Positions 48,814 through 61,000 of a DNA stretch of 64,000 bases are shown here, piece by piece. Source of the stretch: Marsupella aquatica. Its lineage: Eukaryota > Plantae > Marchantiophyta. The DNA is taken from contig OZ316896.1 of NCBI GenBank assembly GCA_973895155.1, positions 4,531,925 to 4,595,924 on the forward strand, read 5' to 3'. Made by a program: the position numbers and the translations under genes. Positions within the stretch are counted from its first letter, which is position 1. Each line of letters starts with the position of its first letter. The notes below the pieces were generated by a model. The model searched no databases, had not been told where the DNA came from, and saw only the letters and a program-made list of their open reading frames with translations.

Positions 48814-49196
48814 TTGCAATTGTGGCCCCGATGGTTTGAGAGGGCTGCGACTGCCCCAATGGTTGTGATTTGTGCCCAGTCCCCCATTCTTCAGTTTAGG
48901 ATCAGCCCCCCCCCTGTCCCCCCCCATCCATCGATGGCCTCCGTGCACTTCCTGCCCTATGGATGATGGACGCAGCAGTGCCCTTTGGTGCCAAGAAGGC
49001 GATGGACTGTGGAAAAGTGGATGCAGGTCAGGTAGTCAACTCTGGTTACTTGGCAGCCAATGGGAATGCAGCAGTTGTGGTGTAGTTGGGCTAAAGGTAA
49101 CCAGATACGGTTTGGGGGTCAGTATACTAATTTTTTTAGTTTTGGGGGCAGGTTTGTAATAAGGACCAGTTTGGGGGGTAGTTTAGTAAAAAGTTG
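48814..49196. repeat. Right TIR of the MULE
   Basis: Near-perfect reverse complement of 23421-23817. Confidence 0.93.
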
Positions 49197-49439
49197 ATAA
49201 ATAATAAGACTGAGGATAGGAGACCTGTGCATATAGTATAGTTGGCCAGTTCTAAGACAAACCTGTTTTAACTTATTCATAATAAAGTATAGTCTACCTT
49301 ATGTAATTAAGTACTAAAAGCAATCTAGAGACTAATCAATGGTACTTAACAATGATTTGCCCGTGCATATGTGCCTGTTGCCTGCTGTACCCGACAACCT
49401 TATTAGAGTACCATATGCAAAAGATCGTGGGCATCACCA

Positions 49440-49515
49440 AGTTATCTAACTTGGTGGTAGAGCACCTGAGTGGGAAGCAACAGGTCGGTCTGGGGTTCAA
49501 ATCCTGATGATGCAT
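49440..49515 (+). other. tRNA-derived SINE-like head (degenerate)
   Basis: A-box-like TAACTTGGTGGTAGAGC and B-box GGTTCAAATCC at tRNA-like spacing. Confidence 0.45.
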
Positions 49516-52500
49516 GTTCTTTTGAACAATCACCCCACCCAAAAGTAGAGTTCATTCAAATGCTAGTGACACTTAGAAAAATAGTGTCACCATTGACAAA
49601 CAGAGGCAGCGGGCAGGAAATGTTGGCATTCCTGTATGGGTGGCTCATTATGAGCCTTGAGATTGCTTTTAGTGGTGAATCTTGGGTAGAGCATTGATTA
49701 AAGGAACTAGTTTATGAAACACAATTTATTGAACAATGCTTCCAAGAAAATGAAGGAAAAAACACATATCATTAAAGTGAAGAGATGTACAATATAGAAC
49801 TCTTTGAGTGAAAGACATGTACATTAAGTTGAATATAGAAGTCAATGTACCTTGTAGGTAAAGTATATTGTGATTGAAAGCTAAGTAAGTTAATTTTGTA
49901 CCTTTCTAATTTTAGGTTCTAGTTTGAGTGGCTCTTTATTTAGGTAGGGGCTCTGTGTTTAGGTGACACCTATTAACCAATAAGCCATAAAAGCATTAAT
50001 TTTTTTTTTGACAATAGACATATAAGTTATAGTGCATCATTGGATCATCTTCTATCTGTAGTTGTCTGGTTCATTTTAGAGAGTTGAACCTTATCAAGGA
50101 ATTATCATAAAATGAAGGAGGAGTGTATATAACATATATAAATCATTCATTAAGAATATCTAATAAAAGTTAGGAATTGAAAAAATTGAAGGGGTTGGAA
50201 GAAATCATTAAGTTCAAAAAAATACAAAGTAAAATCATAGAATAGACTATCTAAAAATATATTCAATTTTATCATAATATCAAAAAATAATATCATTATA
50301 GTATAAATTGACTTGATTTCCAAACTAAGTACCAATTAATATTCTTAGGTCAATGTGGACTCACATAGAATATTGATTGTAATGATTAGTGTGTAACCTT
50401 TTTTTATGATCATAAGTTTTAGTATAGGATAATAAGAGATTAGTTTACATTGTGCTAAAGTAGAACAGCGCTTTACATTTCTTTGTGATCAGAGGTATTA
50501 TCTATTTTTTGTGTACTTAAAAAGTATCTTTGTTTTGTTACGAAACACAAAATTTTATAATGTCTTATAAAATACTAAAAAATCTGACCTGTAAAAGTAA
50601 TTACAAACCATATTTATTATAATATTTTCAAGAAAAATATTTACTTTTATTATGAAGGAAATATGTATCTATTTAAACATGCACACAAAGATGTTTCTTA
50701 TGAGATTAGAATATTAGGGAAAAAGAGGTTTATTTGTGATTCCAAATCTTGTCCATTTTATTATTTCCAAGACTTAGAGTTTGTTCCTAGTATGACAAAA
50801 GTATATGTTTGTTGAAACTTACAAGAAACATTTACATTAAGTTAGTAAAAAAAACATTTAACCTACTCTGTTCACCATAATTAGTGTGAATAATACTAAT
50901 TTGAGAGCACCATGATTAGTGTGACTAACTTTAATTGTAAATATAATTACTCCACTTCCAATTAACAAAAATATGTTTTTTATTCATAAATTAAAATTAA
51001 TTTTTCATCAAAATCAAAACAGAGATTTTTATTCTAATTGTCTTAGATATCATGTCCCTAGAACTAGTTATGAAAGCAATATACATTTCCACAATGATCA
51101 AAATATGTTTTCATTTCACCAAAGAACCATACTTATTTTGGGGTATACGGTAAAAAATAATAATTTGAACTTGTTTTTGTGTTGGATTAAAGTTTTGATT
51201 AACAACAACTAAAAAACATTTGATAACTTTTTGATGTTTTTCCAAAGGTGCATTGTGGTGATGTTTGCGCTATTTGGCTGTCAGTCACATTTGGCAAGAG
51301 TAATGAGTTTTTTCTTTGAATGTTGTGCAAATTGGCTTTAACAACATACTCTGTCTTGCCAATTTAGAGAGCAAAGTCATGATTTTATCCATCCGCAAAA
51401 TAATAGGTAAATGGTTGTGGTTTCTCATCAAGTGTGACATGTTAAAAATTATATAGTTAAATTGCATTCAAGTTTGAGGTAGATAGTTTAGCCTATATGA
51501 TAAATGCTGGAAAATAGAAGTTAATTAAAGTAGCAACAAATGACATGATAAAAAATATCATTCAGGCAAGCACTCAGAAGACAAAGCAAAAAAATCTAAA
51601 CATGAGATGCACATTTACTGGTGGGAGATGGCTAACATGACTAAAAATCCAAATCTAAGAAAAACTCCCTTCCATAAGTATTTGTAATGTCAGAAATAAA
51701 CGGCGGACCAGTGTAGGATCATATTGGGAGATAACATACTCAACACTTTAGACTTGAATGCATTTGGATAATATATGTAAAGCTTTAGCCATTTGCAAGA
51801 AACGATTATATGTATATTAAAATTGTGATTGTTTTTTCATTCTTGGAAAGATCACAAACTACAATACAAACCATGATAAAAACCAATCGTTTGTCAACAT
51901 GGCAGCATCTCATCGATCCGATTGCATCCATCAACGAGCATGTTTAAAATGATTGTAATGTTAAGTTGTGTTAGAAAAACTTATAGATAGCTAAGATTTT
52001 TTGGATTTCCATTGTTTTTACAGTTACAAGGTCTAACTATTTTTCTTTGTCTTTTCTCAAACACAAATAGTCATGTGTTGGCTCTTCATGCATGAATGGT
52101 TGTTGTTTTTTACTAATAATGTTGATGTGGCTGCACATGCTTCCAGGGATTTTGGAAGGAGCCTCCCATTGAGATCAGTAAACATTTATGATTAAAAAGA
52201 AACAAAGTACTGGGTATTGTTTTGCCTTTTATGGCCTCTTGGTTGTCCCACCCGTGAGTTTCATATGGAAAGACATAAAAAACTAGCTTTGTTTTACCCA
52301 ATTATTGTTTGTTCTTCAAAATTTATAAAAATAAAAAATTAAAGCAATGCAACATGTTTTGCAGTGTTTTGCATTGAACAGATTTTGATTAAAAGATTGA
52401 AGAATAATTGATCATTTGTCTTAAGAGTTGGAATGATATTTCTGTATACTTAATGGACCTTCAAACCAAACTATTTCTCTTGATGGACTAAAAGATGGAC

Positions 52501-53409
52501 ATCTTATCCTAGTGGACCTTTGGGCCCACACCAATGTTCTTGCACAAAAGGGTTAACCACACAGTACGTTCAGGGTGACTAAATATGTAGCCTAATAACA
52601 CTGTGGTTGGTTATGTCTTATAATGTCAAAAAATAAATGTGTAGTGCATCGATCACGCAAGGGTTGTCGCCCCTAGTCACAATGAAGCTCCCAAACGTTG
52701 TAGCGTTGTCTGTGATCTCCCTGCTTGGTTGAATGCATTGTGAATATTGTATTCAAACTCAAAATGATAAATTTTATGATCAAATTAGAGCACACAAGCG
52801 TTATAGCATAATCCCCAGCTTGGTTGAATACATTGTGCCTAATGTATTCAAACTACCAAGGTATTTAGAGTTTATGGCTACATTGAAGCACACAAACTTC
52901 GTAGTGTCCCCAACCTCAATGCTATTTTGAAGACAATGTGAATATTCTAAGTCAAAACAATTTTTAAAATTTAAGTGTACGTGTCCACCTCTTATGAAAC
53001 TTACTTGTTGGGAACCTGGTTTAGTTCCCATTGTGTTTAGGTTCATTTCTTGACAGTTTCTTTGCTGCTTGCATGTTCTTACTATTCTTGTTTGTGTTCT
53101 CGCTCATGTTTCTACTATGGCTAACCAAATTGTAATGAAGGAGCGGCCATAAAATATCATTGGGTCAATCTATGTTTATGTTTGCAATTTGGCAGGTCTT
53201 AGACTAAATACATTCAGCATAATATATCCTTTTTTTTAAGATACACGTGTCAATTTTGATTTTACATGCATATATTGGAGTTTGCCTCGACCCTAATCCT
53301 GTAACTATGTGTATACATTGTTATCAATATACATAGAAGTTCTAATTGTGATGCTCTATATTGTAGTGTGTGCGCTACGCAGGGCAAATGGTTCAATTGA
53401 CATGATTAC

Positions 53410-53772
53410 AATTGTGCAGGATCAAAGCAGATAGCATGACGTCTCATATCATCATTCATATAGCACTCGAGTACACCAACACAAAGATAAGTGGTTCACC
53501 CCGTTAGGGCTACATCCACGGCCGCACCGAGAGCTTCACTATGAACACAAAAAGTACATATCACCATAGCTCCATGGTCCAAGCTCTCTCACTCTCACAC
53601 AAAGTTTTCCACTAAATGTTATCTCTCCATGGGATACAAAGAGGGTTATCCTTTCATGAAGAGTCTAGTAAACTAATCTTAACTCCGGTTAACTTACTCT
53701 AGTTAACCTAGCCAAGGTTGAGTCAAAACCCTAACAAATTGTAGACGCACACATTCAGCACGGGATTCAACA
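53410..53772 (-). mobile_element. Possible Copia solo LTR
   Basis: AAGATAAGTGGTTCACCCC...GGCTACATCCACGG...CACTAT resembles a Copia LTR motif, and the segment ends in TCAACA. No TSD identified. Confidence 0.35.
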
Positions 53773-54829
53773 GTGCGATCAGACACTCAACAACCAAAGA
53801 ATATTTTGGGTTTTATAGTGACTTTGTCATGTCATAACAACTAAAATTGTGTTATAAAAACTTTTGACACAAAATGGTACCTTGGGTGGGCCCAAAGGTG
53901 GGGTCCATTGAGACAAAATATCCATGTTTTGGTTAGTTAAGAAACATATTTTGTTTGGAGTTCTACTAAGTATATTTCTTTGATTTCCCAAATCACCTTA
54001 AAGCTTCCACCCTGGGATCTTGCTCTGGAGGGTGTTCTTGACATGGGACAAATTAACTGATCTATTCTTTCTCTTGGGTAGGGGTTTATGCCCTTGGGGA
54101 TCACGTCAAAGTTATGATCACTGCTTATATTACTGGCAAGAACATTGTTGTTTGTGTTTGTGTTGCATACTATTGACATGGTGCAACTGTAGGCCAGGAA
54201 TTTTGGAATAGACTAGTACGTCATCAAGGTCCGTAAAAATTGACATTCTGAGCAGGTCAAATTGGCTTCTGTATATAGTATAGCATGCTCATCATGGAAG
54301 TCATATGTTTCTTCTTTGTCTTATAGTGATGCATAGGTGATCTAATTTCTTTTTGGATATTGCATAGTATTTTTTAAGATTGAGTGGGATAAGATGCACA
54401 CATGCAAGGAAAATAGATTTCACTTAAACTACACCTGCCACTATAAAAGCCCCATTCCATATCTCACTACTCACCATAATAGGTGAAACACTTGCACCTT
54501 TTGTGGAGTACTTGCCAATAAAAGGTTTTGCACTCACCACCTTTTGTGGAGGTCAAAGCCCATTCATGAACCTGTGCTCTTTACAATGAGAGTTACGGGT
54601 TACCTGTAGCCCTTTAGGGAGACAGTTGTGGTTTAATGACCACTAAGGAAAGTGCAAATCTATGGTATAATGATATTGAAGAGTTAAGCACATAAGGTAG
54701 GGATACTCACTTATCTTAGGTAATGAAACTCAAATCAATTACAATCATTAACCTAGGAAACAAAAACCAGGAGGAGAATTTTAAACTCCACATTGTTTCA
54801 CATCAATTTCACAGGTGGACAATGGGTTA

Positions 54830-55015
54830 ATTTGCAGCCAATGGCACCTTGCCACATGGCAAAGAAGGCGTTATGCCAATGTGGATAGAGTTGAGTAATG
54901 TTTACTAAGGCAATACTAACCCATATTCAAAATGGGGGTCAGTTTACTACATAAAATTGTTTGGGGACACCTTAATAAATTCCATTAGTTTGGGGGATAG
55001 GTAAATGAAAAGCTG
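54830..55015. repeat. Orphan remnant of a related MULE right TIR
   Basis: GCAGCCAATGG, GGGGGTCAGT, GTTTGGGG and GTTTGGGGG...AAAAGCTG echo the order of motifs at 49050-49196. Confidence 0.4.
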
Positions 55016-55897
55016 TAAGCTGAAATACTAAAGGTGGATTCTCCATTATAGCCTCAAAATAAGTAGTCAGGTCAGTTGGCTTCTCCATAAGGGCAAGTAC
55101 AAATCAAATTTAAAAAGTTTTAAATGCACACATGTGAAGAAGCAAGTCTATCCATTTGCAATATACATTGAATTTTTTTGTTTTAAAAAAGGAAATCTCA
55201 TTTGGAAACAAAGGTAGAGATAGTTTCATGTTGGGAAATATACAAAGGACAAACCTTAGCCCATAACACTCTAGAGCATTTTTGGGCATATATGGTTGCT
55301 CCAATTTTGAACAATCTCCCCCAATTGGAAATAAAAAGCTTTCAAGACTATCATATTTAGATAAATCATGAGAAAACAAATGCTCTTTAAGGTACCTAAA
55401 AGTGTGAAGATCCCCCCCCCTCAAAAAAAGGTAAAATACTTTATCTTGTAATGTTTCCAGCTCAAAAGTAAAAGGCGCATTGAATTTCTAAATTAGGGAA
55501 AAAGAAAGTACAATGAAAGGAAAGAAAGAAAGAAAGTTCCAAAGAGGACAAACACCTAACCAGAAAATTAAAAGAAAAGCAAGTGTAAACCTAAAATGGA
55601 TTCACATGTTAAGAAGAATAATCAATCATTCCTTTCTAGAGTTTGGATGAATTCCTTTAGTAACCCCTTTAAAGCAAGAATAAATTACTTTTGGTGGCTT
55701 GGTACTTGTGCCTTTGTCACTGCTCATACTTTACAAAGTGTCTTCTCCTCAGTCACCACGTATTCCTTTACACAGTGTTGGCCCACTTCTATCCCCAAAT
55801 GCCATTTTTTTAGTAGACAAGTGTTTAGCTTCTAAACTATTGTGAATCCCTTTCAAAAAAATGGTGGGCCCCCACATGGACTTATGGTCATGGCAGA

Positions 55898-56031
55898 ACA
55901 CCAATCTTACTTATAAAACCCCAACCACAAGCTGGAGTTAGGGTCTAGGCTTCTAGAGTGAAGCACCAATCTTACTTACAAAGCTCCAACCACAAGGTGG
56001 AGTTGGGGTCTAGGCTTCTAGAGTGAAGCAC
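55898..56031. repeat. ~65-bp tandem duplication
   Basis: CACCAATCTTACTTA...GGGTCTAGGCTTCTAGAGTGAAG occurs twice. Confidence 0.8.
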
Positions 56032-56985
56032 TAGACCATATCTCTATGGCCCACCACGTGGATGGGAAAACTCATGGCTATGATGTATGTCAAATGATAA
56101 TCATGCATGCTTTTGGTAATAATTTTTATTTACATTCAAAAATTAGGCTCTAGGGCCCCATAATATATGTACATAGAAAGAGGGATGTGCATACAAAAGA
56201 GGATGATATGTTATGGTGATTTTTTATCATTTCATTAACTTTCAAAGAATGTGAATACTAAATATATTTAACCTTCAAAGAATGTAGTAAATATACTTTG
56301 TTTACACTTTCATTGTAATCTCCACTATTGACATTCAAAAAATGGGTAGTTGGGGCTAGTTGGAAAAGTTATGGATTACAGCTGGCCCATTCTATGACAT
56401 AGCTATTTTGTTTTATTGGAACATTAAAAAAGAGTATTTATTGTATTTTATTGACAAATATTAAATGTGGCATGATTGTTAAAGTGATAAAACAAACCTC
56501 TACAGGAATAGTGACATTAAAATAAAGAAAATTTGGGGGGTTGTAAGAGAATGACAGCATTCAGGTAGTGATCTAATGAGGCACAATAATACTTATGACA
56601 ATGATGAGTTACAATCATATTTATTACACTGAGGACTTATTTAGCTTAGAGGCACTCACAGAAATTTGAATTAAGCTAGTAAATACACTTAATAACCATT
56701 GAATGTCAGCATTAGTCCTCAACCCAATGGGTGAACGAGTATCTGGGAGAGTGAAGGTCGAGGGTGTGAAGCTCGTAGAAGACATAGCCCCTCAATGAGG
56801 AAATGCCAAGGCTCGCCAAGACATTGGGACTGAGGTGAGGGAACTTTACATAATTCAAATAGAAGAACAAAAGGGAAGGAAAAATTTAATGGGGGTTTGT
56901 TTATATTCAAAAGGTCAGGAATTACAAAGCATGGACTACCCTAAAGCAAATTAAAAATGAAATAACTCCAGTATCTATGAAAATG

Positions 56986-57069
56986 GCATTCATGAGCAGG
57001 TCAGGCGAATCAAAATAGCATTCATGAGCAGGTCAGGCGAATCAAAATAGCATTCATGAGCAGGTCAGG
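56986..57069. repeat. 32-bp tandem repeat x2.6
   Basis: GCATTCATGAGCAGGTCAGGCGAATCAAAATA. Confidence 0.85.
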
Positions 57070-58056
57070 TGGATAAGTGGATTCGCCATGTAGCAATGTT
57101 GGAGCATGGACTATCAATTTGGTAGTAGGTGACCTTTCGTATCAATTTGGTAGTAGGTAACCTGTTGTGTGTGTAAAGCAGTAAAGTGCATCAAATTCTG
57201 AGATTTGAGACGCACTATTATTGGTTGACAAGTCCATCACGTGTACATAGTGGTAGAACACCGTCTAAGCACACCCAAGTCAGTCCCCTGTGCATGGACT
57301 TAGTGGGGATTGCAAATTATAGCAATGCTGCAAATCTCAAGGCAAACTCTGTTTAGAGTCTGTTCTGTGCGTCAATCATTTGAGCAACAACCGTCTCGCG
57401 GTTTTGTTACGAGAGACTTGACAACAGACCAGAATTTCGAGTCCTTGATTTGAGCTGCAGAATCCAAAACGTATATCAACTCTTTCATTCAGCTACTGGC
57501 AATCTCGCAGAAATCTCGATCACTTACAGCTCGATAAAATGAATTGATCGATTCATTCGAGGACACATGCCTCGGAATTCTCTAATCGACTAAATGCACT
57601 TACAATCGTCGGTGCGGAAGCGTGGGAAGAAGGAAAGCAAGTTCCTGTCTTCGAGAGTGTGAGAAGCGTCGTGTGCGCCACCATCTTTCTTCAGGAACTT
57701 GATGTATGGAGTATACTTTTTTGACCTGAGTGCTTTCCAAATTCATTGCTCACTTCAGTGAACTGACTGACTCCATTCTTGACTATTTCTTGGGCATTCT
57801 TGAGGATTCTTGAGAAAAGAGGAATTTTAACTGTAACCGCACATGTAATCTAAGCGACAGCGCACAGGTGACCATTTCTTCGTCGCTTTCAGATAATGAA
57901 TGGAAGAGATCCACCGAGGAATATCAGCGTGTGGAGGGGGGACCGCAAAGCTCACGTCTTCCATAATTGGTAGAGCATTTTTTTCTCATGAAGTGTAGAA
58001 GAATTTACTAAATTCAGGCTGCTGGGTGTTGTAGACAGTGGCCGAGAGATCACAAG

Positions 58057-61000
58057 ATGGGGAGGCCGGCGGTGACTATGGAGGTGGGGGACGATGGGGT
58101 AGCTGTCATCACCATGTTCAACCCTCCCGTCAACTCCCTGAGCGAAGCTGGTATGGACTTCACAAGCTGGACTCGTTTGTGTGCCCAAGGGTATCATTTT
58201 CGTTCAGGCAGCAAAGTTTCGAGGTGAAGATAGGCGGGAAGGTGTTTGTTCTCTGACTGGCGACCATAACTGATGGTTTCGGAAGCAATTTTTGAATCCA
58301 TTTTGTCGAGGCGAAGAACTATGAAAATGGTTTTCTTTTATCAGAATATTGATTAAGCAGCAGCTCAGTGTTTCTTTTGGCAAAGTCCTGAAGTTGTCCT
58401 GCGTTTTGCAGTGCTAATTGGTGTGTATGCGAGCTTTAAGGAGGCACATAGCAGAAATGATGTTAAAGCTATCGTGTTAAGTGGTGAGGCTATTTTCCTT
58501 ATTTACAATTGTATTCACCTGAGTCAACATTTCCTCTGCTGGTCAACAAAACACAGAGAGAACTTTTAAAAATCACACAGCCAAGACAGGTCTACTGTGA
58601 AATCCTTTATCGAAACAGAAACAAAGCAAATAAGAGGGCTCAGATTTCTGGATTTGAGAGAGTAGTTGAAAGGAACGAACAAACACATTGTACTAAGTGA
58701 GTGTCACTGAAAATAGGTTCTCCCCAAAATTGATGTTGGAGCTCTGTTCTGTTTGCAGGAGCGGGTGGACAATTTTCTGGTGGAGCTGACATTGGGACAA
58801 TGCAGAAGAAAAAGGCAACAGGTCAGCTAAAACCCTTTTCTACATTCTCACTTTGCTCTGTTGTCATCTTGTACACTCTGTCCCTTGGCCCCATTGGTGG
58901 GTGTAGACTTCACTTCAGACACTAGAGCCTCAGAAATTGATAGCTCATATCGCCTTGCTGGCAGATAGAGTGCGATATACATATCAGGAACTAAATCAGA
59001 TACAATAAGAGTAGATTTCGAGCGGTTCGTCCTCGCTGATTAATTTAAAGAGAAGCTTCACCTGGGAAGATCACATCTAGATTCTACAGGAACTGCAAAC
59101 CAATCACACAGTCACTTGTGAAAAGGGGCCATGACCCCCGCGTCTTCTGATGTAATGGAAGGTGCAGTTGAAGTCGTATTTAATGTCTGGAGATACATTG
59201 CCCTGGAGGTTTTCCTGGACATTTGATGACCGCAAGTCCGAAGACATTAGCATGGCTTTTACTTGGAATCAAATTTCTCGTCTTTGTAACAGATTCAGGA
59301 GCCAACAATAAACGTCCGTTTACAGGAGTCGAACTGATGAATGATATATTTGAAGGTATTTACCCAATTCGTTAGAATGCTGAGCTTTTGTGTTGTCAGT
59401 GGCTCGCAAGAACATTTGCACAGCTTGTCAAGGCTTCTTTCCCATCACAGGGTTTAGGCAAGGGACCTGGTCGAACCGTTTGATAGTGTATCGTAGTCAA
59501 TCTCTGCTCAGTTCCAGCCTTAGTACTTTCTACACTCTCGCAAACCATAGAAACTAATCGCATATGAATTGTAGCCACCTTCTCAATTACTGACATCAGA
59601 CAAAATCAGGCTGCACGATAACTTATTTCTTGGCGTAGATTGCAACGACATGAGAATCGACTTCATTAGAAAACAAATGTTTCGGGAGATTTGTTGAAAT
59701 TGCCTCATGAGATACTGGAACAGGGTTCCACCTTCGTCTCGTCCCTGTTTACAAAACGAGCAATGTGTTTGCTATGACTTTGCTTTGGTTCGACTTTTTT
59801 GTTATTTTTCTTGGTTTGCTCATTCCACATGAAAGTCATTCTTGTTTAGACATCTAATAGGATGACATTAGGATCTGCAGGTAGCTAGGCTTATGGGATC
59901 ACAGGTCAAGGCGTTTTCAACTGCTAGCATGTCAGAGTACGATTAGAAGACAATGATGATCCTTCTTTCTTGGTTTTTATTCAGGTGGGCCAAAACCAGT
60001 GGTAGCAGCCATTGAAAAATTTGCACTAGGGGGAGGATTAGAGCTGGCCATGGTAATAGCAGCACCCCACCTGTACTCTTATGATGTATTTCATCAAAAC
60101 GATACCTCTCCTTGATTCATGTTGCAGTCTTCAGCAGTAGGGCATATCACAATTCATCATGAAAAGTCATGTAGGTCATCATGTGCGTACCTCAGCGAAA
60201 GGAGGGTCCTGATACTGATGCTTAACATCGAGCAATGTGTCTTATAACAGAGCTGTCATGCCCGCCTTGCTGCTCCAAAGACAAGGCTGGGTTTGCCTGA
60301 ACTGCAGCTTGGCATCATTCCAGGGCTTGGAGGTAAATTGAAGCTTATGAAGTGAACTGTTAAAGTTGCAACATCATACGCTATAAGCTCCGCATCACTG
60401 TTCACGTTTGACTTGTAATTCTCGATCTAATATTTACTATGCAAAAAATTATCTGTTTCGCTGAAGGCACTCAAAGACTTCCCCGACTTGTTGGAGTGAA
60501 AATGGCAATCGATATGATGCTGGTAGGTCTACTGTATTTTGTCGTCCCTCAGCCATTTGCATAAACATGTTCTTGCACCATCGCCTTTTCTGTATTCAAT
60601 CTAGAGATTGAAATTCGTTTTAGATGTTGAATGTGAGGATAGTGTGTAATTCACTTTCCTCATTTAAGAACCTTCACAGAGCACTGGAAAAGGCAAGAAG
60701 TATCAGATAACTTTGAAGATCGAACATGTGGAGAATCTGAATCATGTAAATCTACTTCAGTTTCAAATTTTCGAAATACCCAGAATCATTGTCTCGAATA
60801 AGGACTTAGCCAGTTTCGTCTACATGGTGATCTACCTCGTTAAATGGATTTTTACACCATTGCTGGCCAGGCGCATAATGTGTTGTCTCAGACTCTCAGA
60901 CTCTACATTTTGACCGACTTTTCCCGATTATTTGCAAGTTAGGTTGATTAATCTGAAATACCCGACATTAGTAAGGCAATCTGAGGTAATGTCTTCAGTA

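Larger units (their letters stand above)
23421..49196 (-). mobile_element. Mutator-like element (MULE), ~4.6 kb after removing the nested 21.2-kb insertion
   Basis: ~395-bp TIRs at 23421-~23817 and ~48814-49196. Perfect 10-bp TSD ATAAATAATA at 23411-23420 and 49197-49206. Encodes a MuDR-type transposase. Confidence 0.95.
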
